From NCBI GenBank assembly GCA_029858565.1, contig JAOUEV010000005.1, positions 1-64,000 on the forward strand: DNA of 64,000 nt. Direction: 5' to 3'. The notes beneath the pieces are model-generated. The model was not told where the DNA came from. It did no database searches and saw only the letters and a program-made list of their open reading frames with translations. Source of the DNA: Nitrospirota bacterium (GTDB lineage Bacteria > Nitrospirota > UBA9217). Made by a program: the position numbers and the translations under genes. Below are positions 47,732-58,013 of this stretch, piece after piece (position 1 is the first letter of the stretch; each line of letters opens with the position of its first letter).

Positions 47732-48631
47732 TCACAGCCGGATCAGGTCTTCGTGCTCCTCTTCATGGGGATTAATATGGATCATGATGTCACCCACGTT
47801 GTTGAACCTCTCAAAGATAAGCTTCTTCACCTCTGTGGCGATGGCATGGGACCGCCGCACGGTCATTTGCGGGTCCATGTCGAGTTTCAGGTCCACGATC
47901 AGATACTGACCGGACCGCCTGCAGCGGAGTTCGTGGACCTGCTCGACGCCCTCCACGCCTTCGGCCAGCTTGATCATATCGTCAACACAGATATCCTGAG
48001 GCCGTCCGTCCATCAGTTCATGGGCCGCGGTCATAAAGGTCTCATAGCCGATGTGGAAGATAAAGAACGAGGTGAGTCCCGCGGCGATCGGGTCCAGGAT
48101 GACGAGACCGAAGAATGCGCCGGTCACGCCCACAAGCGTACTGACCGACGTGATTGCATCCTTGCGATGGTCCTTGGCCGCCGCGAGGATGGCGGGGCTG
48201 CCGAGATGCTTTCCGACACCGATGGAATACCGGTAGAGGGCTTCCTTGATGATGATAGTGAGGAATGCGGCCGCGACCGCGACCGCTCCCGGCACCTCGT
48301 AGGTCCGGTCGATGATCGTGTGCGCCGAGCGGTACAGTATCCAGCCGCCGGTGGAGAAAATGACCAGCGATACGATGATGGCCGCGATACTCTCGGCCCT
48401 GCCGTGGCCGTAAGGGTGCTGATCGTCGTAAGGCTGCCTGCCGATATGCAGGGCGACCATGCTGGAAAAGATGGCGATGAAATCCGCCGCACTCTCCATG
48501 CCGTCGGCAAATACGGCCTCGGACCTGCCGAAATGGCCTGCAAGCAGCTTCATGGTCATGAGCGCCCCGTTCGCCCAGAACCCCGTCTGGATAACGCGGT
48601 TTGCGCTCCCGAACCGTTCGTGTCGTTCCAC
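47732..48631 (-). CDS. Cation diffusion facilitator (FieF-like)
   Basis: HPYGHGRAE, DHRKD, LDPIA, IHINP. Confidence 0.93.
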   Translation of the reverse strand: MERHERFGSANRVIQTGFWANGALMTMKLLAGHFGRSEAVFADGMESAADFIAIFSSMVALHIGRQPYDDQHPYGHGRAESIAAIIVSLVIFSTGGWILYRSAHTIIDRTYEVPGAVAVAAAFLTIIIKEALYRYSIGVGKHLGSPAILAAAKDHRKDAITSVSTLVGVTGAFFGLVILDPIAAGLTSFFIFHIGYETFMTAAHELMDGRPQDICVDDMIKLAEGVEGVEQVHELRCRRSGQYLIVDLKLDMDPQMTVRRSHAIATEVKKLIFERFNNVGDIMIHINPHEEEHEDLIRL

Positions 48632-48640
48632 AGGCCCTCC

Positions 48641-49054
48641 CTACTCCTCGATTCCCTTCGCGCGCAGGCGCTTTTTCGACGCCGTCTTTTTCTTGCTCTC
48701 CAGGATCCGTTCCTTGAGCGCGGCAGGCCGGGGCCGTTTTCTGCGCCGTTCCTTTTCCGCAGCCTGGACCGCTTCCTTCCGCGTCCGCTCCAGAACCGCC
48801 TCGATCTTTTCCGCAAGCTGGCGGTAGGCGATTTGGCGATTCCGGGCCTGCGAACGTTCAGTACTGCACTTCACCTCGATGCCTGTGGGAAGGTGCTTGA
48901 GGTACACGCAGGTCGAGGTCTTGTTCACATTCTGTCCGCCTTTTCCCCCGGAGCGGACGAACTTTTCCACAACATCCCCCGGCTGAAAGCGCGCTTTGCC
49001 CGAAAGCGCTGGCCGTCGCGTGGTTTGCCCTTTTACCTGCCCGGTAACTGCCAT
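48641..49054 (-). CDS. GGQ peptidyl-tRNA hydrolase, ArfB-like ribosome rescue factor
   Basis: GGKGGQNVNK, ERSQARNR, basic C-terminal tail. Confidence 0.88.
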   Translation of the reverse strand: MAVTGQVKGQTTRRPALSGKARFQPGDVVEKFVRSGGKGGQNVNKTSTCVYLKHLPTGIEVKCSTERSQARNRQIAYRQLAEKIEAVLERTRKEAVQAAEKERRRKRPRPAALKERILESKKKTASKKRLRAKGIEE

Positions 49055-49223
49055 GACCTGATTCTACTCGATGAAGAATGTCTTTACAAGGTGCTAGTAT
49101 GTGGCGTTACAGATTGATGTAAAATTACATATTTACATTGCGGAAAGACTATAATTTATGTTATATGTGAAATTAACAAAATATATTGTCAGTTGTACCG
49201 TCATTTTTCGGGAGGGCGTATTC

Positions 49224-49844
49224 ATGAGTACCGGACCGGATATTGCAATGGACCAAAAACTGCAGGCCTATATCAACCAGCAGGTCGACCGGAGGGTCAT
49301 CAGCGCATCCAAGCAAATCTTCGACGCCTTGACCAAAAAGATCAATGCCGTCGAGAGCAAAGTGCAGCAGGTTGAGGCAAAGGCGGTCAAAAACCGCGTT
49401 GCCGTCGTCGCCTCCAAGGGAACCCTGGACATGGCCTACCCGCCCCTCCTGCTCGCGACCACTGCGCGCAGCATGGGAATCGAAGCATCGATCTTCTTCA
49501 CGCTCTACGGAATGAGTATCCTGAAAAAAAACGCCCGGCTCAAGGTCGCGCCCCTGGCCAACCCGGCCATGCCCATGCCGGTGCCGAACATCATCGGCGC
49601 GCTCCCCGGGATGACCGCCGTGGCATCGATGATGATGAGCGGGATGTTCAAGAAACAGCAGGTCCCGCCCATCAAGGAGCTCCTGACCATGGCACGGGAA
49701 ACGGGCGTCAAGCTCGTAGCATGCCAGATGACAATGGACGTCCTGGGCATCAAACAGGAGGACCTCGTCGAAGGCATCGAATTCGGCGGCCTCGCGACGT
49801 TCATCGAGTACGGCATGGAATCGACCATCACCCTTTTTGTGTGA
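49224..49844 (+). CDS. DsrE/DsrF/DrsH-like sulfur carrier (DsrE2/YrkE type)
   Basis: SKGTLDMAYPPL, IFFTLYG, LVACQMTMD; GGAGG RBS. Confidence 0.88.
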   Translation: MSTGPDIAMDQKLQAYINQQVDRRVISASKQIFDALTKKINAVESKVQQVEAKAVKNRVAVVASKGTLDMAYPPLLLATTARSMGIEASIFFTLYGMSILKKNARLKVAPLANPAMPMPVPNIIGALPGMTAVASMMMSGMFKKQQVPPIKELLTMARETGVKLVACQMTMDVLGIKQEDLVEGIEFGGLATFIEYGMESTITLFV

Positions 49845-49892
49845 GCAGAGAACTGCTCGCAGAATCTTTGAACAGAAAGGCGGGACCACACC

Positions 49893-50321
49893 ATGTCATC
49901 AGGCATCCCGGTTTTGACGCAAAAAGGCAAAGAGGCAGTCAAAAACCTCCAGATCAATCTCACCGCGCGCTGCAGAAACATTCTGGTCCAGGTGGACGGC
50001 AAACGTTCGCTTGACGACATCCGCGTTCTCTTCCGGGGGCTCGACGGCCTGGAGGACGGGATCCAGCGGCTCGTGAGCGAAGGATTCATCGACATCGGCA
50101 AGGCATGCACCGATATCGTGAAGGAACTGGTGAACAATCAGCTCGGAACGAAAAGCGCAACGCTCCTTCGCAAGATCGACGAAATGCATGGAAAATACGG
50201 AGATACCTGCTGGGAACATCTGGACGAACTGAACAAGGCCGCGCGCCTGTTCTACGGTGAAATCGTCGCGCAGAACCTTACTTCCGAAATCACGAAAATC
50301 CTGAAGGACGCGAAGCGATAG
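49893..50321 (+). CDS. Hypothetical winged-helix-like protein
   Basis: LTQKG...RNILVQVDGKRS...LVSEGFI. Confidence 0.7.
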   Translation: MSSGIPVLTQKGKEAVKNLQINLTARCRNILVQVDGKRSLDDIRVLFRGLDGLEDGIQRLVSEGFIDIGKACTDIVKELVNNQLGTKSATLLRKIDEMHGKYGDTCWEHLDELNKAARLFYGEIVAQNLTSEITKILKDAKR

Positions 50322-50433
50322 CGTTGTTGCCGGGCCCCTCCCTCCCTCTTCCCGCTGGAAAAAGCCTTTCAACTGTGCTAGAGTAATAGCCATTGGTTCC
50401 CCATTTTTCGCGTCTCTTTTTAGGAAAGGTGCC

Positions 50434-51921
50434 ATGGCCCAACTCGACAAGCTCATCGACAAACTCCAAGACGATCAGGAGATCATCATGGAATCGGGCA
50501 AGACGCCGATGCTCAAATCCGACGCCGGCATGAAACCGATGATCAACCAGCAGCTTTCAGCGCAGCAGCTCATCGCGCTGCTCCAGGAGATCGCGCCGCT
50601 CTCGAACCGGGCGACGCTCGCCCAGCGGAAGCCGGCGAAATTCGATTACACCGTTGGCAGCAAGACCGTCACCGTGAATTACGCGCCCCAGGGCGACCGG
50701 ATCACGGCGACCATCGCGGTTCCGGGCGATGAGGTGCTCGAGGATGTGGCGGCCAAAGCGGCAGCAGCAGCGCCCGCCGCCGCCACTGCCATGGATGCGC
50801 TCATCAAGGCAAAGCAAGCAGGCGGGGAACCGGAGATCAACCTGCTGCTCCGCCGCATGTTCAAGATGAACTGTTCGGACCTCCATCTTACGTCGAATCA
50901 CAAGCCCATGGTCCGGCTGCACGGTGAAATGCAGGAGTTCGAGGACCTCCCCCCCACGACCCCGGAGCGGATGAACAGCATGCTTCGGGAGATCATGCCG
51001 CCGCACAATGTGGTCCAGTACGATGAGGTGCACGACGCGGACTTTGCCCATGAGATCCAGGGACTGGCACGCTTCCGGGTGAACGTGTTCATGGACCGTT
51101 TCGGCATGGGCGCCGTCTTCCGCCAGATCCCCATGGAGATCGTGACCGCGGAAAAGCTCGGGCTCTCCAAGGAGGTCCTGGACCTGTGCTACCTGTCCAA
51201 GGGGCTCGTTCTCGTGACCGGGCCGACGGGGTCGGGCAAATCGACCACCCTGTGCGCGCTGGTAGACTTCATCAATCGCAACAGAAAGGACCATATCATC
51301 ACGATCGAAGACCCGATCGAGTTCGTACATCCCAAGAAGAACTGCCTGATCAACCAGCGCGAGGTGCATGTCCACACCAAGTCGTTCTCCAACGCCCTGC
51401 GCGCCGCCCTGCGCGAAGACCCGGACATCGTGCTCGTCGGCGAAATGCGTGACCTCGAGACCATCGCCATCGCGATCGAGACCGCGGAGACGGGCCACCT
51501 CGTCTTCGGCACGCTGCACACGACAACGGCGGCGTCCACTGTCGACCGCATCATCGACCAGTTCCCCGCCGACCGGCAGGCACAGATCCGGGCCATGCTC
51601 GCCAATTCCCTCAAGGGCGTGATTTCCCAGACCCTGTGCAAAAAGCTCCAGGGAGGACGGACCGCCGCGCTTGAGATCCTGTTCATCAACAGCGCGGTCT
51701 CGAACCTCATCCGGGAAGGCAAGATCTACCAGATCCCATCGATCATGCAGACCGCCAAGAGCCAGGGCATGGTCCTTCTGAACGAGGCGCTCTTCAAGCT
51801 GGTTGTCGACAAGACCGTAGCGCCCGAAGAGGCATACATCAAGGCCATTGACAAGCAGGGGTTCGTCACCATGCTCAAATCAAAAGGCATCACCGTGAAC
51901 ATGCAGGGATTGGGCGAGTAA
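50434..51921 (+). CDS. pilT: PilT-family retraction ATPase with N-terminal extension
   Basis: SDLHL, GPTGSGKST, EDPIE, LREDPD, GEMRD, GTLHT, NLIREGK. Confidence 0.93.
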   Translation: MAQLDKLIDKLQDDQEIIMESGKTPMLKSDAGMKPMINQQLSAQQLIALLQEIAPLSNRATLAQRKPAKFDYTVGSKTVTVNYAPQGDRITATIAVPGDEVLEDVAAKAAAAAPAAATAMDALIKAKQAGGEPEINLLLRRMFKMNCSDLHLTSNHKPMVRLHGEMQEFEDLPPTTPERMNSMLREIMPPHNVVQYDEVHDADFAHEIQGLARFRVNVFMDRFGMGAVFRQIPMEIVTAEKLGLSKEVLDLCYLSKGLVLVTGPTGSGKSTTLCALVDFINRNRKDHIITIEDPIEFVHPKKNCLINQREVHVHTKSFSNALRAALREDPDIVLVGEMRDLETIAIAIETAETGHLVFGTLHTTTAASTVDRIIDQFPADRQAQIRAMLANSLKGVISQTLCKKLQGGRTAALEILFINSAVSNLIREGKIYQIPSIMQTAKSQGMVLLNEALFKLVVDKTVAPEEAYIKAIDKQGFVTMLKSKGITVNMQGLGE

Positions 51922-51936
51922 GAGGAGGCGCATGTC

Positions 51937-52401
51937 ATGAACGGTCATCGAGAATTTGCGGTTCCCAAGGAAAAACAGCTTGTCACGGTCCACCTCCTCG
52001 GCGGGGAAATCGGAGAAGGCAACATCTTCCTGGAGTTTTACCCCGATGCCAGAACGCTCCATCAGAAGATCGTCGCTTTTCTCGAGGACAAGAACGAGTT
52101 TTTCCCCCTCTCCAGCGGAGGTGCGCCGGAGTTCGTAAGGAAAAGGTCCATCCGCATGGTCGAGGTCCACTATCCCGAGGACGAAGACCAGTTCAACATC
52201 ATGCACGTCGAGCTTGTCACGGTCGTGTTCCGCGACGGTTCGCAGGTGAGCGGTGACCTGCTGGCCGATGTTCCCGAGGAGAAGAAACGTCTCTCCGACT
52301 GCCTCAATCTCCCCTTGAACTTCCTCTGCACGCGCACCTACGGGAAGGTGAGCTACATCAACAAGGATTCCATCCTGAAGGTCACGACCGCGGGGAAGTA
52401 G
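51937..52401 (+). CDS. Hypothetical protein with two Sm-like halves
   Basis: GAGGAGG RBS; EFFPL and RLSDCLN repeats. Confidence 0.75.
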   Translation: MNGHREFAVPKEKQLVTVHLLGGEIGEGNIFLEFYPDARTLHQKIVAFLEDKNEFFPLSSGGAPEFVRKRSIRMVEVHYPEDEDQFNIMHVELVTVVFRDGSQVSGDLLADVPEEKKRLSDCLNLPLNFLCTRTYGKVSYINKDSILKVTTAGK

Positions 52402-52529
52402 CAGGACCAGGTTCAAGGTATTACCTCATCGCAGCACCCGGGAGCCGGGCAGAATCCTGCCTGATTCAGAATCGGATATTCGTCCGCCCGCGGGCACAGG
52501 CGAGCGCTGACAACAAGAACGTTACCGTC

Positions 52530-53618
52530 ATGACCGCTCTGCGCGACTACAAACCTCTCTTCTACAGCAAGCTCACGGAAACCCATCTGTTCAGCGAGGT
52601 TGGCCGGATCATCGCGTCCGAGCTGGAATCCCGGGACCTGATCCGCAAGATCATCGCCGCTATCGGGAAGTCCATCCAGTTCGAGGAGGCATCGGTCTAC
52701 GTGGTCAAGAAGGACCTTACGGGCCTCATCCCGATGTTCTTGAGCAATCCCGCGCCCGGCCGTGAACCATTCCAGACCATCTACTTCGACAATGGCGCTC
52801 CAGGCGAGATCGCGGCGAGCGGCGAACCTCTCATTCTTACCGACTGTTCCGCGTGGGAAACCTTTCTCCATTTCCCCGGCGAACAGCGCAGGTCCGGCAG
52901 TTATGTGGGCATTCCCCTCAAGAACGATATCCGCATTGTTGGCGTAATGGGGTTCAGCCACAGCAGACCGTCAGCATTCACCGTCGACGACTTCGACCTT
53001 TTACGCACACTGTCCCATACGATCTCGGCAGGCATTGAGAAGGCTGACCTCTTCATGAAGGCAATGGAGATCGCGAGGTCCGACGAGCTGACCGGCCTGT
53101 TCAATTACCGGGTGCTCCTGGAGAAGCTCGCTGAGGAGATCGGCAGGCAGGCGAGAACCGGCAGGGACCTTTCCTTTATCATGATCGACATCGACAACTT
53201 CAAACGCGTCAATGACCGCTATGGCCACCTCGAAGGGAGCCGGGTCCTGGCGCAGCTGGGCGCGCTTCTGCGGGATACATTCCGGACGGGAAGCACGGAC
53301 AGCTGCTACCGCTACGGCGGAGAGGAATTCTCGATCCTCCTGGCCGAAACGGATATCGGCAAGGCTTTGGAGGTTGCCGAGCGGTTGAGAAGTGCGATCG
53401 AGCAATACCCCTTCACGCTGAAATCGGCTCATTCCGACGAGGTCCTGACGGTGAGCCTCGGCGTTTCCTCCCGCCGGAAAGGCGACAGCAAGGGGGCCAT
53501 GGAGCTGATCCGGGAGGCCGATGTAGCTCTCTATCGGTCCAAATCCCTGGGTAAGAACAGGGTCACCGGCTACAGCGCTGACCTGACCATGCCGGACCGG
53601 ACCCAGAATATCCCGTGA
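52530..53618 (+). CDS. GAF-GGDEF diguanylate cyclase
   Basis: DELTGLFN, DIDNFKRVNDRYGH, RYGGEEF, ADVALY. Confidence 0.95.
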   Translation: MTALRDYKPLFYSKLTETHLFSEVGRIIASELESRDLIRKIIAAIGKSIQFEEASVYVVKKDLTGLIPMFLSNPAPGREPFQTIYFDNGAPGEIAASGEPLILTDCSAWETFLHFPGEQRRSGSYVGIPLKNDIRIVGVMGFSHSRPSAFTVDDFDLLRTLSHTISAGIEKADLFMKAMEIARSDELTGLFNYRVLLEKLAEEIGRQARTGRDLSFIMIDIDNFKRVNDRYGHLEGSRVLAQLGALLRDTFRTGSTDSCYRYGGEEFSILLAETDIGKALEVAERLRSAIEQYPFTLKSAHSDEVLTVSLGVSSRRKGDSKGAMELIREADVALYRSKSLGKNRVTGYSADLTMPDRTQNIP

Positions 53619-53769
53619 TGCCTGCCCGAGCTGCAATACATTCCGGTAGTCTGTCGCCACAGGGAATTGACGTCGGCCAACAGGTAATGGCCGTGCCGGG
53701 CGCACAACAAAAAACGGCCTGTCTTCGAAGACAGGCCGCTCGTTATTACTTGCTCCACTTTTCTCCCGG

Positions 53770-54864
53770 CTACACATTGAACCGGAAGTTCATGATATCC
53801 CCGTCTTTGACCACGTACTCCTTGCCTTCGGAGCGGAGCATTCCCGCAGCCTTGACCGCCTGCTCGTTCTTATACTTCATCAGGTCGTCAAAGTGGAAGA
53901 CCTCCGCGCGGATGAATCCCTTTTCAAAATCCGAATGGATCTTTCCCGCTGCCTGCGGCGCCTTGGTGCCCTTGACAATGGTCCAGGCCCGCACTTCCTT
54001 CTCGCCCGCGGTCAGATAGGTGATAAGCCCTAAAAGTTCGTAGCCTGCGCGGATCATCCGGTCGAGGCCTGATTCCTTGAGCCCCATGCCGGCGAGGTAC
54101 TCTTTCCGCTCGTCGGGCGGCAGCTGGGCGATCTCGCCCTCCACCTGGCCGGAGATCACAACAACCCGGGCGCCCTCCGCTTCAGCGATCTTCTTCACGG
54201 CATCCACATGGGGATTCGGCTTGTCCACCATGTCCTCGGCGACATTCGCCACGTACAGGACAGGCTTCGCCGATAACAAGGCATAGCTCTTGAGCCACAG
54301 GAACTCTTCATCGGAATGGCTGGCTCTGCGGATGGGTTCGCCCTTTGCGAGCATATCCTTGAGCCGCCGCATGAACTCCACTTCCTCCAGGGCCTTTTTA
54401 TCGCCGGTCTTGGTCATCTTCTCCGCCTTGTACAACCGCTTCTCGACGGCATCCAGATCGGCAAGCATAAGCTCCGCTTCGATCACTTCGATGTCCTCTT
54501 TGGGATCCACCTTGTTCGCGACATGAATGACGTTGGGGTCCTCGAAGCAACGGACCACATGCGCGATCGCATCCACCTCGCGGATATTGGCCAGGAACTT
54601 GTTGCCCAGCCCCTCTCCCTTGGAAGCGCCCTTCACCAGTCCGGCGATATCCACGAACTCCATGGTCGTGGGTACGATCTTTTGCGAATGGTAGATCTCG
54701 GCGAGTTTCCCCAGCCGCTCATCAGGCATGTCCACCACGCCTACGTTCGGATCAATGGTGGTAAAAGGATAATTCGATGCCTGTGCTCCGGCCGATGTGA
54801 GCGCGTTGAATATAGTGGACTTGCCCACGTTGGGAAGCCCTACGATGCCGCAATTGAAACCCAT
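53770..54864 (-). CDS. ychF: Ribosome-binding ATPase YchF
   Basis: [30 protein letters not shown]. Confidence 0.97.
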   Translation of the reverse strand: MGFNCGIVGLPNVGKSTIFNALTSAGAQASNYPFTTIDPNVGVVDMPDERLGKLAEIYHSQKIVPTTMEFVDIAGLVKGASKGEGLGNKFLANIREVDAIAHVVRCFEDPNVIHVANKVDPKEDIEVIEAELMLADLDAVEKRLYKAEKMTKTGDKKALEEVEFMRRLKDMLAKGEPIRRASHSDEEFLWLKSYALLSAKPVLYVANVAEDMVDKPNPHVDAVKKIAEAEGARVVVISGQVEGEIAQLPPDERKEYLAGMGLKESGLDRMIRAGYELLGLITYLTAGEKEVRAWTIVKGTKAPQAAGKIHSDFEKGFIRAEVFHFDDLMKYKNEQAVKAAGMLRSEGKEYVVKDGDIMNFRFNV

Positions 54865-54884
54865 GCTGAACTCCTTTGTAATGA

Positions 54885-55448
54885 TTACTTCTGATTGACC
54901 GCATTCATCGCCTTGGTCAGGCCGTCGGCAATGATCATCCTGACGGCTTCCGCGGCCCGGTCGATTGCTTCGGCTGCTGCTGCACGTTCCTCTGCGCCAA
55001 AGGGGCTCAGAACATAATCAGCAGACTCCATTCCTGTGGGCGGCCGACCGATCCCCACCCGGACCCGGATGAAATCAGCGGAGCCGAGGCTGTCGATCAG
55101 GGAGCGCAGTCCATTATGACCGCCATGGCCGCCTCCGGTCTTGATGCGGACCGTCCCCAGCGGAAGGTCCAGCTCGTCATGGACAACGATAATGTCCCCC
55201 ACCGCGGCATAGGCATCGCGCATGACAGCAGCGACAGACCTGCCGCTGTCGTTCATAAATGTCTGTGGTTTGGCTACGAGAACGTTCTCGGCACCCAGAC
55301 GAAGCTTTCCCATGAGCGCGTGATGCTTTTCCTGCGCAAGCGGGGCGGCCGCCTGCCGCGCTAGCTCGTCGGCTGCCATGAACCCCGCGTTATGGCGGGT
55401 ACGTTCGTACTTCCTGCCCGGATTGCCGAGCCCGATAACGATCCTCAT
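54885..55448 (-). CDS. pth: Peptidyl-tRNA hydrolase
   Basis: GLGNPG, TRHNAGF, HDELD, GHNG. Confidence 0.97.
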   Translation of the reverse strand: MRIVIGLGNPGRKYERTRHNAGFMAADELARQAAAPLAQEKHHALMGKLRLGAENVLVAKPQTFMNDSGRSVAAVMRDAYAAVGDIIVVHDELDLPLGTVRIKTGGGHGGHNGLRSLIDSLGSADFIRVRVGIGRPPTGMESADYVLSPFGAEERAAAAEAIDRAAEAVRMIIADGLTKAMNAVNQK

Positions 55449-55643
55449 CGTTCTTGACCGGTCCGTCCCCCGCGGGGAGGAAATAGGCTGGGGTGCGTAT
55501 TGTCAGCATTCAAGGGAAAACCCATCTTCACGCGACCGCTCTTCAGGGGAGAAGAGAGCGTTCTGAACAGCCCCCAAAATATCGGAACCCGAAACAGACT
55601 CCTGTTTCGGGTTCCGGAGCGTACATGACAGTTGCAGCTAAGG

Positions 55644-56384
55644 CTACTTCTTGGGAGCGGCTTCCTTGCCCTTGGCGCCGGCCGCGGGAGCAGCTTCCTT
55701 GCCCTTGGCGCCGGCCGGTGCAGCAGCCGCTTCGCCTTCTTCCTTCTTCTTGCCCACAACCTCGGGCTCGCCGGTTTCAGCGGTAGGCGCGGCCGACAGC
55801 ATGGCCTCAAGCTTCTCTGCCGAGATCGGCGGCTGAATGGTCGCGACCGTGGCGTCTCCGTCGGTCAGGATGCGGACGCCCTCAGGGGCCTTGATGTCCC
55901 GCACGTGCAGCGACTCGTTCACCTTGAGGTTGGTGATATCAACATTGATGGAGTCCGGGATATTGGTCGGAAGGCACTCCACCTCGAGCTGGCGCTGACC
56001 GTACTGGAAGATGCCGCCTTCCTTCACGCCGATGGAATTGCCCGTGATATGCACAGCCACCTGGATCTTCACCTTTTCGTTCATGGCGACTTCCATGAGG
56101 TCAAGATGCATCAGCGCTCCGGAGAGCGGATCGAGCTGGTAGTCCTTGATCAGCGCCAGGCGCTCGCCTGCGCCGGCACCGCCCTCCAGTTTCAGGTTGA
56201 TCAGCGCATGTTCGCCGCCCTCCCTGTTCAACACCTTCGTCACGTCCTTGTTGACCATCGAGATGGGCAGGGACTTGCCGTGGCTGTAGAGGACCGCCGG
56301 GATCATCTTGTTCCTGCGCAAACCCCGGGCAACCCCTTTGCCCGCATTCTCTCTCACTTGTGCCGTCATAGCTACGCGTTCCAT
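55644..56384 (-). CDS. rplY: 50S ribosomal protein L25/CTC
   Basis: GKGVARGLRR, IPAVLY, GVKEGG, LPTNIP. Confidence 0.95.
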   Translation of the reverse strand: MERVAMTAQVRENAGKGVARGLRRNKMIPAVLYSHGKSLPISMVNKDVTKVLNREGGEHALINLKLEGGAGAGERLALIKDYQLDPLSGALMHLDLMEVAMNEKVKIQVAVHITGNSIGVKEGGIFQYGQRQLEVECLPTNIPDSINVDITNLKVNESLHVRDIKAPEGVRILTDGDATVATIQPPISAEKLEAMLSAAPTAETGEPEVVGKKKEEGEAAAAPAGAKGKEAAPAAGAKGKEAAPKK

Positions 56385-56509
56385 TGCTTCCTCCATATAC
56401 CGTGGTAATTACCCTAAAATGACCACTGATCAAGACAAATGAACACAGTTAAGATCAAACTGCCTTTATCTCTTCTTATCCGTGGTTGATGCTCTGTTTT
56501 ATATCATCT

Positions 56510-57460
56510 TCATACGAACAGCGAACTGAGCGACGATTCGTCATGAATGCGGTTCATCGCTTCGGCAAGAAGCGGCGCCACGGACAGGACCGTGAGCTTT
56601 TTGCATTCCTTCTGTTTGCTGTCGAGGGAGATCGTGTTCGTCACGATCAGCTCGTCGAGCGCGGAATCGTTGATCCGCTGGATCGCCGGTCCGGAAAGCA
56701 CCGCATGGGTACAAGCCGCCATGATCGCTCCGGCGCCCGCCTTCTTCAGAGCGCCCACGCCCTCGGTCATGGTACCCGCGGTATCCACCATGTCGTCAAG
56801 CAGCAGACAGTCGCGCCCATTCACGTCCCCGATGATATGCATGACCTGGGCCACATTGGCCTTTTCCCGGCGCTTGTCGATGATCGCCAGGGAAGCGTCC
56901 AGCCGTTTGGCAAAGGCCCGTGTGCGTTCCACGCCGCCCGCATCGGGTGATACCAGCGTAAGGTTCTTCAGGTTCTTCGACCGGATGTAGTCCAGCAGCA
57001 CCGGAGCGGCGAACAGGTTGTCCACCGGGATATTGAAGAATCCCTGGATCTGCCCTGCGTGCAGGTCGATGGTCAGCACCCGGTTCGCGCCGGCGGAGGT
57101 GATCAAATCGGCAACGAGTTTGGCCGTGATCGGCACGCGGGGCTGCGCTTTCCGGTCCTGCCTGCTGTACCCGTAATAGGGAAGCACCGCGGTGATGCGG
57201 GCTGCCGAAGCGCGCTTGAGCGCGTCGATCATGATCAGCAGTTCCATGAGATGCCGGTTCACCGGATTCGAGGTCGGCTGCACCACGAAGACCTCGGAAC
57301 CCCGGACATTATCAACGATCTGGACATTGATCTCCCCGTCGCTGAAACGGGTGACAACGGCGTTCCCCAGCGGAAGGTTCATCCGCTCACAGATCTCTTT
57401 CGCTAGAGCGGGATTGGCGTTCCCGGAAAAAACCTTGATGCCGTGCTTGGCTCTGACCAT
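56510..57460 (-). CDS. prs: Ribose-phosphate pyrophosphokinase
   Basis: FSDGE, YSRQDRK, DLHAGQIQGFF, SPDAGG, DDMVDTAGT. Confidence 0.97.
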   Translation of the reverse strand: MVRAKHGIKVFSGNANPALAKEICERMNLPLGNAVVTRFSDGEINVQIVDNVRGSEVFVVQPTSNPVNRHLMELLIMIDALKRASAARITAVLPYYGYSRQDRKAQPRVPITAKLVADLITSAGANRVLTIDLHAGQIQGFFNIPVDNLFAAPVLLDYIRSKNLKNLTLVSPDAGGVERTRAFAKRLDASLAIIDKRREKANVAQVMHIIGDVNGRDCLLLDDMVDTAGTMTEGVGALKKAGAGAIMAACTHAVLSGPAIQRINDSALDELIVTNTISLDSKQKECKKLTVLSVAPLLAEAMNRIHDESSLSSLFV

Positions 57461-57497
57461 CGTTCCCTCTTGGCGCTGCCGCGTCATGCCGGTTCTG

Positions 57498-57571
57498 TGG
57501 TTCGGGGACAGGGAGTCGAACCCCGATTCAAGGCTTCAAAGGCCTCTGTCCTACCATTAGACGATCCCCGA
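57498..57571 (-). tRNA. tRNA-Gln (TTG)
   Basis: Reverse complement TCGGGGATCGTCTAATGGTAGGACAGAGGCCTTTGAAGCC...GGTTCGACTCCC...CGAACCA; canonical ispE-tRNA-Gln-prs position. Confidence 0.95.
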
Positions 57572-57647
57572 GCATGGGGTGAAACAGGAAAAGGATAGGC
57601 GCTGCGCCTATCCTCTCTGGATTGATACCGAATCGGCTGCGTACTGC

Positions 57648-57953
57648 TTATGGTGCGTCCGGAGGGATTTCCGTCTTCTCCGGCCGCTTGGTGGGATTGG
57701 CAAGCTCCCGCTCATATTCCGCCAGCACCCTGGTCTCGATCATCTGGCGGGTTTCGCTATTCAGCGGATGGGCAATGTCCTTGAAGGTCCCATCCTTCAT
57801 TTTTCTGCTGGGCATTGCCACGAACAGGCCCGTGTTCCCATGGATGACCCGGAGGTCCCTGATAAGAAAAACAGTATCCAGGGTGATGGTGGCATAGGCC
57901 TTTAATCGCTCTTCGTTGACGACAGGAAACACCCGGACTTCCGTGATCTCCAT
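57648..57953 (-). CDS. spoVG: SpoVG nucleic-acid-binding regulator
   Basis: MEITEVRV, GLFVAMPSRK, DIAHPLN. Confidence 0.95.
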   Translation of the reverse strand: MEITEVRVFPVVNEERLKAYATITLDTVFLIRDLRVIHGNTGLFVAMPSRKMKDGTFKDIAHPLNSETRQMIETRVLAEYERELANPTKRPEKTEIPPDAP

Positions 57954-58013
57954 ACGCGCCCCCCTACCGTATGAACACCCAGTTCCTGTTGCTGGACAAC
58001 GCTGCGTTCCCCG

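Noticed and set aside
55650-55740. Duplicated AAPAGAKGKE segment in rplY
   Set aside because: Ordinary low-complexity L25/CTC tail.
57648-57953. spoVG in a diderm bacterium as a sign of sporulation or recent transfer
   Set aside because: SpoVG is known in non-sporulating diderms, and the ispE-spoVG-prs neighbourhood is conserved.
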